Positions 31,239-41,232 are shown, numbered from the stretch's first letter. The stretch: 64,000 nucleotides of DNA from an uncultured Aureimonas sp. (GCF_913775355.1 NZ_CAJYIU010000041.1:1503-65502); one strand, 5' to 3'. A program made the numbers and translations. Notes: generated from the letters alone by a model not told the origin.

Positions 31239-32284
31239 CGCGCCCCCTGCGCAGCGCCGCCGCGCTGGTCGAGGCCGGCCTCGCGCCGCCGGAGCGGCTG
31301 GCCGAACTGGAACAGGTGGCCGCGCGCTACGCCGTCTCGGTCACGCCCGACATGGCCGATCTCATCGACGACCCCGACGATCCGATCGGCCGGCAGTTCG
31401 TGCCGAGCGAGGCCGAGCTTCAGGCGACGCCCGAGGAGGATGCCGACCCGATCGGCGACGACGCGCATTCGCCGGTGGCGGGCATCGTCCACCGCTATCC
31501 CGACCGGGTGCTCCTCAAGCCGCTGCACGTCTGTCCGGTCTACTGCCGCTTCTGCTTCCGGCGCGAGATGGTGGGGCCGGACGGCAACGGCAGCCTGTCG
31601 GAGGCGGAACTCGACGCCGCGATCGCCTATATCGCCAGCCGGCCCGAGATCTGGGAGGTCGTGGTCACCGGGGGCGACCCGTTCCTCCTGTCGCCCCGCC
31701 GGGTGGAGGCGCTCGGGCGCGCGCTCGGGGCGATCGGACACGTCAAGGTCATGCGCTTCCACACGCGCGTGCCGGTGGTCGAGCCGGCGCGCGTCGATGC
31801 GGCGCTGGTCGCCGCGCTGCGCGCCTTTCCCGGCGCGACCTTCGTCGCGCTCCACGCCAACCACCCCCGCGAGTTCACCCCGGCCGCGCAGGCCGCGGTC
31901 GCCCGCCTCGTCGACGGCGGCGTGCCCCTCGTCAGCCAGTCGGTGCTCCTGCGCGGCGTCAACGACGACGCGGACACGTTGTCGCGTCTGATGCGCTGCT
32001 TCGTCGGGAACCGGATCAAGCCCTACTACCTCCACCAGGGCGATCTCGCGCCGGGAACCAGCCACCTGCGCACCACGGTGGCGAAAGGGCAGGCGCTGAT
32101 GAAGGGCCTTCGCGGCCAGATCTCCGGCCTTTGCCAGCCGATCTACGTGCTGGACATCCCTGGCGGCCATGGCAAGGTGCCAATCGGGCCCGGCTTCATC
32201 GAGGAGGTCGACGAGGCGTACGAGGTCACCGATCCGAGCGGGCAGGTGCATCGCTACCCGCCGACCGGCTACACGCCGAAGTAA
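31235..32284 (+). CDS. epmB: lysine 2,3-aminomutase (radical SAM, EF-P beta-lysylation)
   Basis: GTGA overlap; HRYPDRVL, CPVYCRFCFR, TGGDP, PYYLHQGD. Confidence 0.93.
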   Translation: MTRPLRSAAALVEAGLAPPERLAELEQVAARYAVSVTPDMADLIDDPDDPIGRQFVPSEAELQATPEEDADPIGDDAHSPVAGIVHRYPDRVLLKPLHVCPVYCRFCFRREMVGPDGNGSLSEAELDAAIAYIASRPEIWEVVVTGGDPFLLSPRRVEALGRALGAIGHVKVMRFHTRVPVVEPARVDAALVAALRAFPGATFVALHANHPREFTPAAQAAVARLVDGGVPLVSQSVLLRGVNDDADTLSRLMRCFVGNRIKPYYLHQGDLAPGTSHLRTTVAKGQALMKGLRGQISGLCQPIYVLDIPGGHGKVPIGPGFIEEVDEAYEVTDPSGQVHRYPPTGYTPK

Positions 32285-32446
32285 AAAACGCAAGACGCGA
32301 GGCCCCATTGGGCGTATACGTTGAACGCCCGTTCAACGCGCGTGCCCGGCTGGTCCGATGGCGCCGTCGATCGACGCAATGACCACACAAAAATTGATTG
32401 AAACGGCCATTCAACGACGCATGCGTGTGCCTCCCGCGCTAGGGTT

Positions 32447-33022
32447 GTGAGCGACGTGCCCAGGCTTTGGAAGGCGATGATGCAGACGGCGATGCAGATG
32501 TTCGATCCCGAACCGGCCAAGGGGCCGCGCGATCAGATCGCCGCGCTCCCGGTCCGCCTGCGCGAGGACGGCGAACTGGAAGTGCTGCTGGTCACCTCGC
32601 GCGAGACGCGCCGCTGGATCATTCCCAAGGGCTGGCCGATGAACGGCCTCGACGACCACGATGCGGCGGGTGTCGAGGCCCGCGAGGAGGCCGGGGTTAA
32701 GGGCAAGCTTCTGGCCGAGCCCGTCGGACGCTACGCCTACTGGCAGCGCGGCCGGGTCGAGACCCGCCTTCTGCAGGTGGACGTCTTCCTCCTGCGCGTC
32801 GAGAAGGCGCTGAAGACCTGGAAGGAAAAGGACCAGCGCGAGCGGCGCTGGTTTTCGATCGTCGATGCCGCCGACCACGTGCAGGAGGCCGACCTCGGCC
32901 AGCTCTTCCTGCGGCTTCCCGGCCATGAACCCGCCCGGCGTTTCCTCGTCCTCGACGGCAAGCGGGCCAGGAAGGCGGCGCGGGACGGACGGCCGTCGGC
33001 GGGTGGATCGGGTCCCGGTTGA
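32447..33022 (+). CDS. NUDIX hydrolase (DIPP/Ap6A-like)
   Basis: QIAALP, EVLLVTSRETRRWIIPKGWP, Nudix box ending EAREEAGV; start may be 32477. Confidence 0.85.
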   Translation: MSDVPRLWKAMMQTAMQMFDPEPAKGPRDQIAALPVRLREDGELEVLLVTSRETRRWIIPKGWPMNGLDDHDAAGVEAREEAGVKGKLLAEPVGRYAYWQRGRVETRLLQVDVFLLRVEKALKTWKEKDQRERRWFSIVDAADHVQEADLGQLFLRLPGHEPARRFLVLDGKRARKAARDGRPSAGGSGPG

Positions 33023-33147
33023 TCCCGCCCCGCGAGAGGGTTAAGAGCGGGGAACAGGTCCACGCAAGGTCCGGCCGGGCGCAGCCCGGTCCGTGATCGG
33101 ACCGTTTCGGCGCGCCGCGCCCTCGTTCAACCAGCTCCCGGATCGGA

Positions 33148-34539
33148 ATGCCGCTCTTCGACGTCCTGCCGCCGGATCTCTTCAAGCCGTTGGCGGCTCC
33201 GGCGAAGCGGCTCTATTCCGACCTCCTCCTCCACATCTTCCACGAGACCTTCGAGCCCTCGGCCGAGGCGCCGCGACGGGTCGACGTCCTGCGCGCGATC
33301 GAGACGTTCCTTGCCGCACGCAATGACGACGAGCCGGACATGCCGGCTGGCCGACCCGAGGAGCGGGCGCGGGCCGTTTACGACCGTCTTGTCGAGACCG
33401 GCTGGATGGTCGAGCACCGCGACCGCTACCTGCGCCTCGTCGACCTCGATCCGGAGGCGGCCGGGCTTCTCCATCTTCTCTCGCGCATCGAGCGCGGCGA
33501 GACGCGCTCCTACGGCGGCGCGGTGCTGGAGGTGTTGAGCGGCCTCGAGGGTGCCGCCGCCCATCCCGACGAGCGCTCCGAAGCCCTGCGCAACGCGCTG
33601 CGCGGTGCCGAGGACTTCATGGGCCATATGCGCACGGTCGCGGTCTCGCTCCGGCAGGCGGAGGAGCGCATCCTGCGCCAGCCCTCCTTGCGCGCGATCT
33701 TCCACCAGTTCTTCGGCGACTTCGTCGAGCGGCACCTCATCCGCGACTTCAAGACGCTTCAGACCAAGGACAACCCGTTCCGCTTCCGCACTGCGATCAT
33801 CCGGCAGGCGACGGAGATGTTCGAGAACCGGGCGCTGCTCTCGACGCTCGGCGATGCCTATGGGCGCGAGGGGCGGCTCGAGGACGGCGCCGACGGCGAG
33901 GCGGAGATCCGCGAGGAACTGTCGCGCATCGTCCACGTCTTCGAGGCCGCCGAGCGGCACCTCGACGCGATCAACGCGACGGTCGCGCGCATCGAGCGAC
34001 GCATGGTCAACGCCGCGCGCCAGATGGACCGCATCGCCGCCGGCTCGACCGCGGAACTCGCCGAGGCGCTGCGGCTCGTCGCCTTGCGGCCGGAGGAGGG
34101 CGAGGTGCCGGTCGCGCCGATGCTGATCCCGCGCATCCTGCCGCTCGGGCCGCCGCATGTGCCGGCGCCCCGACGCGACAAGGCGCCGGTGGCTGTGGTG
34201 GCCTTGCGCGATCTGACGCCCGATCCGGCCGCCGTGCTCTATGCCCGCGCCAAGGAGGAATACGTCCGCCGCACCCGCGTCACCGCGCCGGTGCTGTCGG
34301 CCTATGTCGAGCGCGTCCTCGGGCCGCGCGCGGAGGTGCGGGCGCGCGACGTGACGCTCGCCTCGGTCGACGACTTCGTCGCCTTCCAGCGCCTGCGCGA
34401 ATTGCCCTCGATCTTCGGCGGCCTGCTGGCCAAGCGCTACGAGATCGAGTTTCTCGAGGACCGCTGCGCCAACCGCTGGATCACCTGCCAGGACTTCGTG
34501 ATCCGCCGCCGGCCGGGAGCCCATGTCGATGCCGCCTGA
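33148..34539 (+). CDS. jetA: Wadjet JetA / MksF-like kleisin subunit (DUF5716/DUF3375-like)
   Basis: 463 aa helical protein with winged-helix-like segment RLVETGWM; first gene of overlapping three-gene SMC operon. Confidence 0.7.
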   Translation: MPLFDVLPPDLFKPLAAPAKRLYSDLLLHIFHETFEPSAEAPRRVDVLRAIETFLAARNDDEPDMPAGRPEERARAVYDRLVETGWMVEHRDRYLRLVDLDPEAAGLLHLLSRIERGETRSYGGAVLEVLSGLEGAAAHPDERSEALRNALRGAEDFMGHMRTVAVSLRQAEERILRQPSLRAIFHQFFGDFVERHLIRDFKTLQTKDNPFRFRTAIIRQATEMFENRALLSTLGDAYGREGRLEDGADGEAEIREELSRIVHVFEAAERHLDAINATVARIERRMVNAARQMDRIAAGSTAELAEALRLVALRPEEGEVPVAPMLIPRILPLGPPHVPAPRRDKAPVAVVALRDLTPDPAAVLYARAKEEYVRRTRVTAPVLSAYVERVLGPRAEVRARDVTLASVDDFVAFQRLRELPSIFGGLLAKRYEIEFLEDRCANRWITCQDFVIRRRPGAHVDAA

Positions 34540-35233
34540 GACCGACGAATTCCGCGACATCGTCGACGGCGACTGGGCCGGCGGCCACATCGCCGGCAAG
34601 CGACCGACGGCCGACGAGATGACGCGCGCGCTGCAGGTGATGATGACGCGCCAGTGCGTCTATTCGCATACGCCCAATGTCGGGCGCACCTACGATCTCG
34701 TGCGCGCCTATCCGACCTTCTTCGAGCGCTATTTCGGCTCGCTCGGCTACCGGCTCATGGTCTCGCCGCGCGACCAGATGGTGGCGCTCGCCGTGCCCGC
34801 CGACGCGCCGCGCTACGACGGCCTCTTCGAGCGGCTGCGCAAGGACGAGACGATCGTGCTCCTCGCGCTGCGTCTTCTCTGGGAGGAGGCGCTGCGCGCC
34901 CACGAGGCCGGCGACGGGAGCGTCGTCACCGCCACCACCGACGATCTCGTCGATCGCATCGCGGCGCTGACGCAGGCTCCGCCGCCGGAGGAGGTCCGGC
35001 TTCTCGAGATCCTGCGCACCTTCGCCCGCCACGGCGCCCTGCGCCTTGGCGAGCGCGACCGCGTGCGCCGCCTGTCGCCGCTGACGGTTCTGCCCGGCGT
35101 CGGCATTCTCGTGCCCGATTCCTATGTGAAGGAGCTGATCCTGTGGGCGAGCGCCCCGGTGGCCCTTCCCTCCGGGGCGAGAACCGCCGACAACGATCGC
35201 GACGCGTCGCCCGGGGACGAGCCGAATGTATAG
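34523..35233 (+). CDS. jetB: Wadjet JetB / MksE-like KITE subunit (DUF4194-like)
   Basis: 236 aa; YFGSLGYRL, RLRKDETIVLLALRLLWEE typical of DUF4194; 17-bp overlap with jetA. Confidence 0.75.
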   Translation: MSMPPETDEFRDIVDGDWAGGHIAGKRPTADEMTRALQVMMTRQCVYSHTPNVGRTYDLVRAYPTFFERYFGSLGYRLMVSPRDQMVALAVPADAPRYDGLFERLRKDETIVLLALRLLWEEALRAHEAGDGSVVTATTDDLVDRIAALTQAPPPEEVRLLEILRTFARHGALRLGERDRVRRLSPLTVLPGVGILVPDSYVKELILWASAPVALPSGARTADNDRDASPGDEPNV

Positions 35234-38200
35234 CCTCAGGCGGATCTCGCTTTCGAACTGGTACCTGATCGACGCCAAGGACATCGACATCCGCGGCGAG
35301 GCGGCGCTGATCGGCCCGACGGGTGCCGGCAAGACCTCGATCCAGGATGCGATCCAGACCGTCATCACCGGCGCCAGCCAGAACCGGCTGAACCTCAACG
35401 CCAGCGCCTCCGGTCGCTCCTCGCGCTCGGTGCTGGAATACTGCCTCGGGATGACGGGCGATCCGGCCGAGAACGGCCGCCCGCTGCGTTCATCCTGCGA
35501 GACGCTCCTCGTCCTCACCTTCGCCAACGACCAGACCGGCGAGCCGATCGCCGTCGGCATCGCCATGGCCGCCCGCCAGGGCGACACGCGCGAGGAGATC
35601 CTGTCGCGCTTCATCGCGCCCGGCCATGCCTTCTCGCTGGAAGCCGTCCGGCGCCGCGAGAACGGCGTCGAGACGGTGATGCCGTGGAGCGAGATCGCCG
35701 CCGACCTGCGGGCGAACTGCCCGGCCTTTGCCGAGTACAAGGCGTCGGCCGAGAAGTTCACCGCCGAGATGCTGGTCGCCATGCGCGGGCCGGCGGCGGC
35801 GCCCAACGCGCGCCATTTCCTGCGCGCCTTCTCCAACGCGCTCGCCTTCCGCCCGATCTTCGACCCGACCGTCTTCGTGCGCGATTTCGTGCTGGAGCCC
35901 GATCCGCTCGACGTCGAGCGCGTGCGTGCCTCGATCGCGACCTGGCGCGAGCTGGAGGGCCTCATCGAGGAGGCCGAGGCGAAGCACGCCCACGTTTCGC
36001 GCATCGCGTCGAAATTCCAGACCTGGGGGCGCGAGCGCCTCGCGGCCGATCTCGGCCGCTGGCGCTCCGCCGCCTTCCAGGCGCGCCGCACGGGGCAGGA
36101 ATGGCTCGGCATCCGGCGCACGCTGGCCGAGCGGCAGGGTGAACTGTCGATCGAGCAGGGCGTTCTGGCGACGCGGCGCGAATGGATCCGCTCGTGGGAC
36201 GAGGAAATCCGCGACAAGACCGCCCGTCTGGCCGCCGGCGGCGGCGAAGGACGGTTGCGCGAGATCGCAGCCGAAACGCGTCTGAACGAACGCGACATTC
36301 GCGAGATCGAGCAGGGTTGGGGCCGGATCGCAGCCGCGCTTGGCACGCTCGCCCGTCTCGTGCTGCGCCATGCGGCCGACCTGCCGCCGGGCGCGGTCGA
36401 GGCCGGCCGGGCGGCCGCCGAGGCGCTGACCCTGGTGCGCGACGGCGACAGCTTCCTCGACCATGCGCGCGGCAAGGGCGACCGGCTGGAGGACCTCGTG
36501 GCGGCGGCGCGCCGCGCGGACGGGTTCGAGGCGGCGCTCGACAAGGCGACCGAGCGCCTCGGGAGCCGCGCCCATGCGCTGGAGGCCGAGCTCGAGCGCC
36601 TGCGCGGGGCCCTGTCGCGGCCGAAAGGGGCGGGCGGCAGCCTGTCGCGCGAGGCCTCGCGCCTTCTCGCCCAGCTTCAGGCGGCCGGCATTCCGGCCGT
36701 GCCGCTCTGCGACGTGGTCGATGTCGCCGATCCGAGCTGGCAGTACGCCGCCGAGGCTCTCCTCGGCCGAGGCCGCGAAGCGCTGATCGTCGAGCCGGCG
36801 CTGCTCTCGCAGGCCTTCGACCTGATGTGGCGCGACCGGAACGCCTTTGCCGGCTGCACGCTGGTCAAGACCTCCGCGACGCGCTCGACCAACGCCCGCC
36901 CGCCCGCCGGCAGCATTCTCGAGGCGCTGACGACCGACGATCCGCATGCGCGTGCCTTCCTCAATGTGCGCATCGGCGCCTTCCGCAAGGCCGAAACCGA
37001 CGCCGAACTCGACCGGCTGGAGCGCGGCGTCATGCGCAACGGCAAGACCTCGTCGGGCATGGGCCTCTCGGTCCAGCGCGACCTCGGCGATCTTCTGTTC
37101 GGGCGCGGCAACGCAATGAGCGACGGCGCCGGGCTCGAGGCGGAGCGGGGGCGGCTGGAGGTGGAACTCGTTGAGGTGCGCGCCCGGCTTCGCGAGGCGC
37201 GCGAGGGGGCGCGGGCGCTGGGGCCGGCTCTGGCCGCCCTGTCGCCGGAGGCCGGACCGGCCGAACTCGCGCGCCGCGCGCTCACCGTGCGCCAGCGCGC
37301 CGACGAACTGGTCCGCGACCGCAAGGCGCTGGAAGACGGCGAGGCGGCGACGCTGAAGGCCGAGATCGAGGAGGTCCGGGCCGAGCGCGATGCCTATGCG
37401 ACGGAACTCGCCGAAGAGGTCGAGCCCAAGGTCGAGACGCTGCGCCAGACGGTGGCGACGCTGACCGCGCGCGCCGACATGGCGGCCGAGCGGCACAGGG
37501 CGGCGTTCGCGCGCCGGCGGCGGAGCTGGGCGGTGCTCGCGACCGATGCCACCGCCGAGCTTCTCGCCCTCGTACCGGCCGGCGACGGTGCGCCGCGCAC
37601 GCTCGCCGGCGTGGCCGCCGCCTTGCGGGCCGAGATCACTGGGGGCGAGGCCGAGCGGCGCGATGCGCCGGCGTGGCTGGCGACCCGGCGCAACGAGGCG
37701 GAGGCGGCCGCCGAGAGCGCCGAGGGCACGGCACGGCGCGAGCAGCTGTCGGCGCTGCGCGAGCTCACCGAATATGCCGGACGCTGGAGTGCGCCGGTGC
37801 CGGCCTTCGACGGCGAGACCATGGTCGCGGCGCTCGCCTGGGTGCTGGAGGAAACGGCGCGGCTGGAGACGCACGAACTGCGCGGCCACCGCGACGCCTG
37901 CGTGAAGGCGGCGGCCGAGATGCGCCGGATGATGCGCGAGGATCTCCTGGCGCGCCTGTCGGAAAAGCTGGCGCGCGTCGGCTACCGCCTCGCCGGCATC
38001 AACCGGCTCCTCAAGCGCCACCGCTTCACCGGCCAGACCTACGCGTTCTCCTATGCGGTGAATGGCCGCTTCGAGGGGATGCACGACCTCGCGCAGCGCG
38101 CCGCCGACGGACAGCTGTCCGACGAGACGTTCGAAAGCTCGATGGGCGAGGTCGAGGCGATGATCGAGGGGGCGGAGGATGCGGCGCTGCTCGCCGATTA

Positions 38201-38669
38201 CCGCCAGTACTACACGTTCGAGATCGTGATGAGCGACGCCGACGGCAATCGCACCACGCTGTCGTCGCGCGCCATGAAGGGTTCGGGCGGCGAGGCGCAG
38301 GTGCCGTTCTACGTCGCGATCGCCGCTTCGCTGGCGCTCGCCTACTTCCCCGGCCACATCGCCGGGCGTCCGGTCGGCATGGGCCTTGCGCTCTTCGACG
38401 AGGCCTTCAACAAGCTCGACGTGCCGAACACGCAGGCGCTCCTGCGCTTCTTCCGCGACATGGGGCTTCAGCTCCTGATCGCAGGCCCCGAGGACAAGCG
38501 CGCGACCTTCACCGAGGTTCTCGACACGATCATCCTCGTCAACAAGTCGCTGGACGGGCGCGCGGTCTACATCGACACGGAATATCCCGGCGAGACCGCC
38601 AAGGAGGCGCTGGCACGCCTCAACCCCGACCATCGCGGGGTGGAGGGGTTCCGCTCGGCCGCCGAATAG
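35226..38669 (+). CDS. jetC: Wadjet JetC / MksB-like SMC ATPase
   Basis: 1147 aa; Walker A GPTGAGKTS, long coiled coils with central hinge region, signature GSGGE, Walker B LFDEAF, D-loop NKLD. Confidence 0.85.
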   Translation: MYSLRRISLSNWYLIDAKDIDIRGEAALIGPTGAGKTSIQDAIQTVITGASQNRLNLNASASGRSSRSVLEYCLGMTGDPAENGRPLRSSCETLLVLTFANDQTGEPIAVGIAMAARQGDTREEILSRFIAPGHAFSLEAVRRRENGVETVMPWSEIAADLRANCPAFAEYKASAEKFTAEMLVAMRGPAAAPNARHFLRAFSNALAFRPIFDPTVFVRDFVLEPDPLDVERVRASIATWRELEGLIEEAEAKHAHVSRIASKFQTWGRERLAADLGRWRSAAFQARRTGQEWLGIRRTLAERQGELSIEQGVLATRREWIRSWDEEIRDKTARLAAGGGEGRLREIAAETRLNERDIREIEQGWGRIAAALGTLARLVLRHAADLPPGAVEAGRAAAEALTLVRDGDSFLDHARGKGDRLEDLVAAARRADGFEAALDKATERLGSRAHALEAELERLRGALSRPKGAGGSLSREASRLLAQLQAAGIPAVPLCDVVDVADPSWQYAAEALLGRGREALIVEPALLSQAFDLMWRDRNAFAGCTLVKTSATRSTNARPPAGSILEALTTDDPHARAFLNVRIGAFRKAETDAELDRLERGVMRNGKTSSGMGLSVQRDLGDLLFGRGNAMSDGAGLEAERGRLEVELVEVRARLREAREGARALGPALAALSPEAGPAELARRALTVRQRADELVRDRKALEDGEAATLKAEIEEVRAERDAYATELAEEVEPKVETLRQTVATLTARADMAAERHRAAFARRRRSWAVLATDATAELLALVPAGDGAPRTLAGVAAALRAEITGGEAERRDAPAWLATRRNEAEAAAESAEGTARREQLSALRELTEYAGRWSAPVPAFDGETMVAALAWVLEETARLETHELRGHRDACVKAAAEMRRMMREDLLARLSEKLARVGYRLAGINRLLKRHRFTGQTYAFSYAVNGRFEGMHDLAQRAADGQLSDETFESSMGEVEAMIEGAEDAALLADYRQYYTFEIVMSDADGNRTTLSSRAMKGSGGEAQVPFYVAIAASLALAYFPGHIAGRPVGMGLALFDEAFNKLDVPNTQALLRFFRDMGLQLLIAGPEDKRATFTEVLDTIILVNKSLDGRAVYIDTEYPGETAKEALARLNPDHRGVEGFRSAAE

Positions 38670-38681
38670 CGGGCGACAACG

Positions 38682-38717
38682 AAAAACCTCCCGCGCGCCG
38701 GTCGGGCACGCGGGAGG
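38682..38717 (-). terminator. intrinsic terminator of csbD (convergent with jetC)
   Basis: cctcccgcg...cgcgggagg stem with T5 tail on minus strand. Confidence 0.7.
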
Positions 38718-38742
38718 CGTCAGGCATGGTCAGTCCGCTCGA

Positions 38743-39084
38743 TCAGTCGCGGTCGCGGGCCAGAAGGCCGAGCACGAAGCCGACGGCACCGGCCGCCAGC
38801 AGCGACGAGAGCGGATGCTCGTGGATCGTCCGGCGCACGACGCGCGTGCCTTCCTCGGCGTAGGCGCCGGCGTTCTCGTAGAGGTCGGTCGCATACTTCT
38901 GCGCATCGTGGGTCGCCTCGCGCACGGCATCCTTGCCCTGGCCGAGAATGTTCTGCGCGGCCCCTTCGGCCTGGCGGCGACGGCCTTCGGCCGAGTCCTT
39001 CTCGGACCCGAACGCGTCACCCAGAGCGCCCTGCACCTTGCCGCCAAGCTCCTTGGCGGCGCCCTCGAGACGGTTGTTGTCCAT
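38743..39084 (-). CDS. csbD: CsbD-like stress protein with C-terminal DUF883-like hydrophobic tail
   Basis: NRLEGAAKELGGKVQGALGDAFG...EGRRRQAEG...QGKDAV; C-terminal HPLSSLLAAGAVGFVLG. Confidence 0.85.
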   Translation of the reverse strand: MDNNRLEGAAKELGGKVQGALGDAFGSEKDSAEGRRRQAEGAAQNILGQGKDAVREATHDAQKYATDLYENAGAYAEEGTRVVRRTIHEHPLSSLLAAGAVGFVLGLLARDRD

Positions 39085-39135
39085 GAGTTCGAAACTCCTT
39101 GATAGGCGAGCGGTTGATCCGCTGTCGGAGCCTAT

Positions 39136-39160
39136 AAGTCGTTAGGCAGCGATTGGTTCG
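39136..39160 (-). promoter_or_regulatory. putative EcfG promoter of csbD
   Basis: CGAAC-N16-ACTT, 52 bp upstream of csbD ATG. Confidence 0.5.
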
Positions 39161-39183
39161 ATCTGTCGCACCTTAAATTCTCG

Positions 39184-41232
39184 TTAGCGGACCACTGTCA
39201 TCGCGGCGCTCCGGCAGGGATGGCGGAGGAGATCGAGCAGTTCGTCGTCGCAGTGAAGGAGCGACAGGGAGACGCCGGCCATGTCGAGCGAGGTGTAGTA
39301 GGGACCGACCCAGGCCCCCACGACCTCGACGCGACGCGCCGCCAGCCGCTGCGCCACGCGGCGGTGGACGACGTAGAGCTCCATCGCGGGCGTTCCGCCG
39401 AGCGAGTTGACGAGGACCGCGACCCGGGCCCCGGCCGCAAGGCGCATCTCGGCGAAGAGGCGGTCGACGAGGAGGTCCGCCACCGCGTCGGCGCTCGCCA
39501 GCGGCTCGCGTGCGACGCCGGGTTCGCCGTGGACGCCGACGCCGATCTCCATGTCTGTGGGTCCCAGCGCGAAGCTCGGGCGGCGCGTCTCCGGCATGGT
39601 TCCGGGTTCGAGCGCGACGCCCATCGAGAAGGTGCGCGCCGCGGCCCGGCGCGTCACCGCCTCGCAGGCGTCGAGCGGCATCATCCGGTCGGCCGCCGCG
39701 CCCGCGATCTTGAAGACGAAGACGTTGCCGGCGACCCCGCGCCGCGAGCCGACCGCCTCCGCCGGCGCCGAGGCGATGTCGTCGATCGTCACGACCGAGC
39801 GCGTCTCGATGCCGTCCGCCGCGAGTTCCTCGGCGGCCATCTCGAAGTTCATCACGTCGCCGGAGAAGTTGCCGAAGACGTAGAGGACGCCGGCGCCTCC
39901 GTCGATCGCGCGGGTGCCCGCGAGGATGGGGCCGGGCGGCGGGGCGGCGAAGAGGTTGCCGACGACCGCCGCGTCCGCAAGGCCCGGCCCGACATAGCCC
40001 CAGAAGGCCGGCTCGTGGCCCGAGCCGCCGCCGATCACGACGCCGACCTTGCCCGGCCGCGGGCCCTGAACGGCGCGCACGGCGCGCGGCGTGCCCGGCA
40101 CCGGCGCGATCGTGTCGCCGTGGGCGGCGAGGGCGCCCTCCAGGGCCTCGTCGACCGCCGCACGGGGATCGTTGAGGAGCTTCTTGGTGTGCGTGCGGCC
40201 GAGCGGCGGCGAGGCCGGCGGCGATGGGGCGGCGCGGCGCGGCGTCTCGCTCCAGCCGTCCGCCGTCAGAATGCCCCAGCCGGTCTGCGTGTCGGTCACC
40301 AGAACGCTGACGAAGCCGCCGCGCAGCGCGCCGAGGATGGCCGGCACCTTGTCGGACCCGCCGGCCACGGCGATGCGCTGCGGCACGGCGCGAAGGGCCG
40401 CGAGGTCGATGCCGATGGTCCGTCCGTCGAGCGGTCCCGGCACGCGCTCGCCGGAAGCCGAGATGAAGCGCCCCGCGATCGAGCCGATCGCCACCTGCTC
40501 GTAGTCGTGGCGCTCCGGCCCGTCGAGGAAGCCGCTCGTGTGGATCGTGCTTTCCGGCCGCAGCGAGGAGATGCCGAAAAGGATGCGGTTCGCCTCGGAG
40601 AGGACCGCCATCTGTTCGGCCAGCACGGGCTCGGCAAAGAGCATGTCGCGCATCGCCGCGCTGGAGACGATCGCGGGCGCCGACAGCGGGATGCAGCGAC
40701 CGCCGAGCGCTTCGGCGAGGCGCGATGCGCAGGCTTCCGGCGTCCAGGGGATCTTGGCCGTGGTGCCGCCCGTCGCCTGCACCACGCGAACGTCGCCGAG
40801 CGGGGCGACCCGGAGCGCCTCGACCAGCTCGAGGATGGTGCGGCCCCAGGTCACGGCGAGCGTGTCGCCGGGCCGCGCGAAACGGGCGAGCGCCTGCGCG
40901 CCGGCTGCGCCGAGGCGCGCGTTCAGAGATCGCTCGCCGCCGTTCGTCGGCACGACGAGGCAGTCCTCGAGGTCGAAGCGCTTGCGCAGCGCCTCGGCGA
41001 GCGACAGCGCCCGGAACTGGCGCGGCTCGATCTCGATTGTCACGAGGCCACGCGTGCGGGCCTCGGCGAGATAGGTGTTCACCGAGGCCCGCGAGACGCC
41101 CATCTCGGCGGCGATGTCGCCCTGCGTCATGCCCTCCTCGTGGTAGAGCCAGGACGCCCAGAGCAGCGCGTCGTCGCCGAAGCGGAGCGGGATCGCCGTC
41201 TCGCCGGCCGCGCGGGGGGAGGGGCGGGCCAT
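39184..41232 (-). CDS. SorC/DeoR-type sugar-binding regulator fused to a DhaK (Dak1) domain
   Basis: 682 aa; HTH YHEEGMTQGDIAAEMGVSRASV, sugar-binding domain GVAGG/GGFVSVLVTD-like, then KKLLND, GGGSGHEP, GVGVHGEPG. Confidence 0.88.
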   Translation of the reverse strand: MARPSPRAAGETAIPLRFGDDALLWASWLYHEEGMTQGDIAAEMGVSRASVNTYLAEARTRGLVTIEIEPRQFRALSLAEALRKRFDLEDCLVVPTNGGERSLNARLGAAGAQALARFARPGDTLAVTWGRTILELVEALRVAPLGDVRVVQATGGTTAKIPWTPEACASRLAEALGGRCIPLSAPAIVSSAAMRDMLFAEPVLAEQMAVLSEANRILFGISSLRPESTIHTSGFLDGPERHDYEQVAIGSIAGRFISASGERVPGPLDGRTIGIDLAALRAVPQRIAVAGGSDKVPAILGALRGGFVSVLVTDTQTGWGILTADGWSETPRRAAPSPPASPPLGRTHTKKLLNDPRAAVDEALEGALAAHGDTIAPVPGTPRAVRAVQGPRPGKVGVVIGGGSGHEPAFWGYVGPGLADAAVVGNLFAAPPPGPILAGTRAIDGGAGVLYVFGNFSGDVMNFEMAAEELAADGIETRSVVTIDDIASAPAEAVGSRRGVAGNVFVFKIAGAAADRMMPLDACEAVTRRAAARTFSMGVALEPGTMPETRRPSFALGPTDMEIGVGVHGEPGVAREPLASADAVADLLVDRLFAEMRLAAGARVAVLVNSLGGTPAMELYVVHRRVAQRLAARRVEVVGAWVGPYYTSLDMAGVSLSLLHCDDELLDLLRHPCRSAAMTVVR

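Noticed and set aside
29464-32284. efp-epmA-epmB cluster as a novel system
   Set aside because: Well-known EF-P beta-lysylation module
32323-32337. LexA-like GAAC-N7-CAAC upstream of NUDIX/jet
   Set aside because: Mismatch in a key position and better explained as part of the larger inverted repeat
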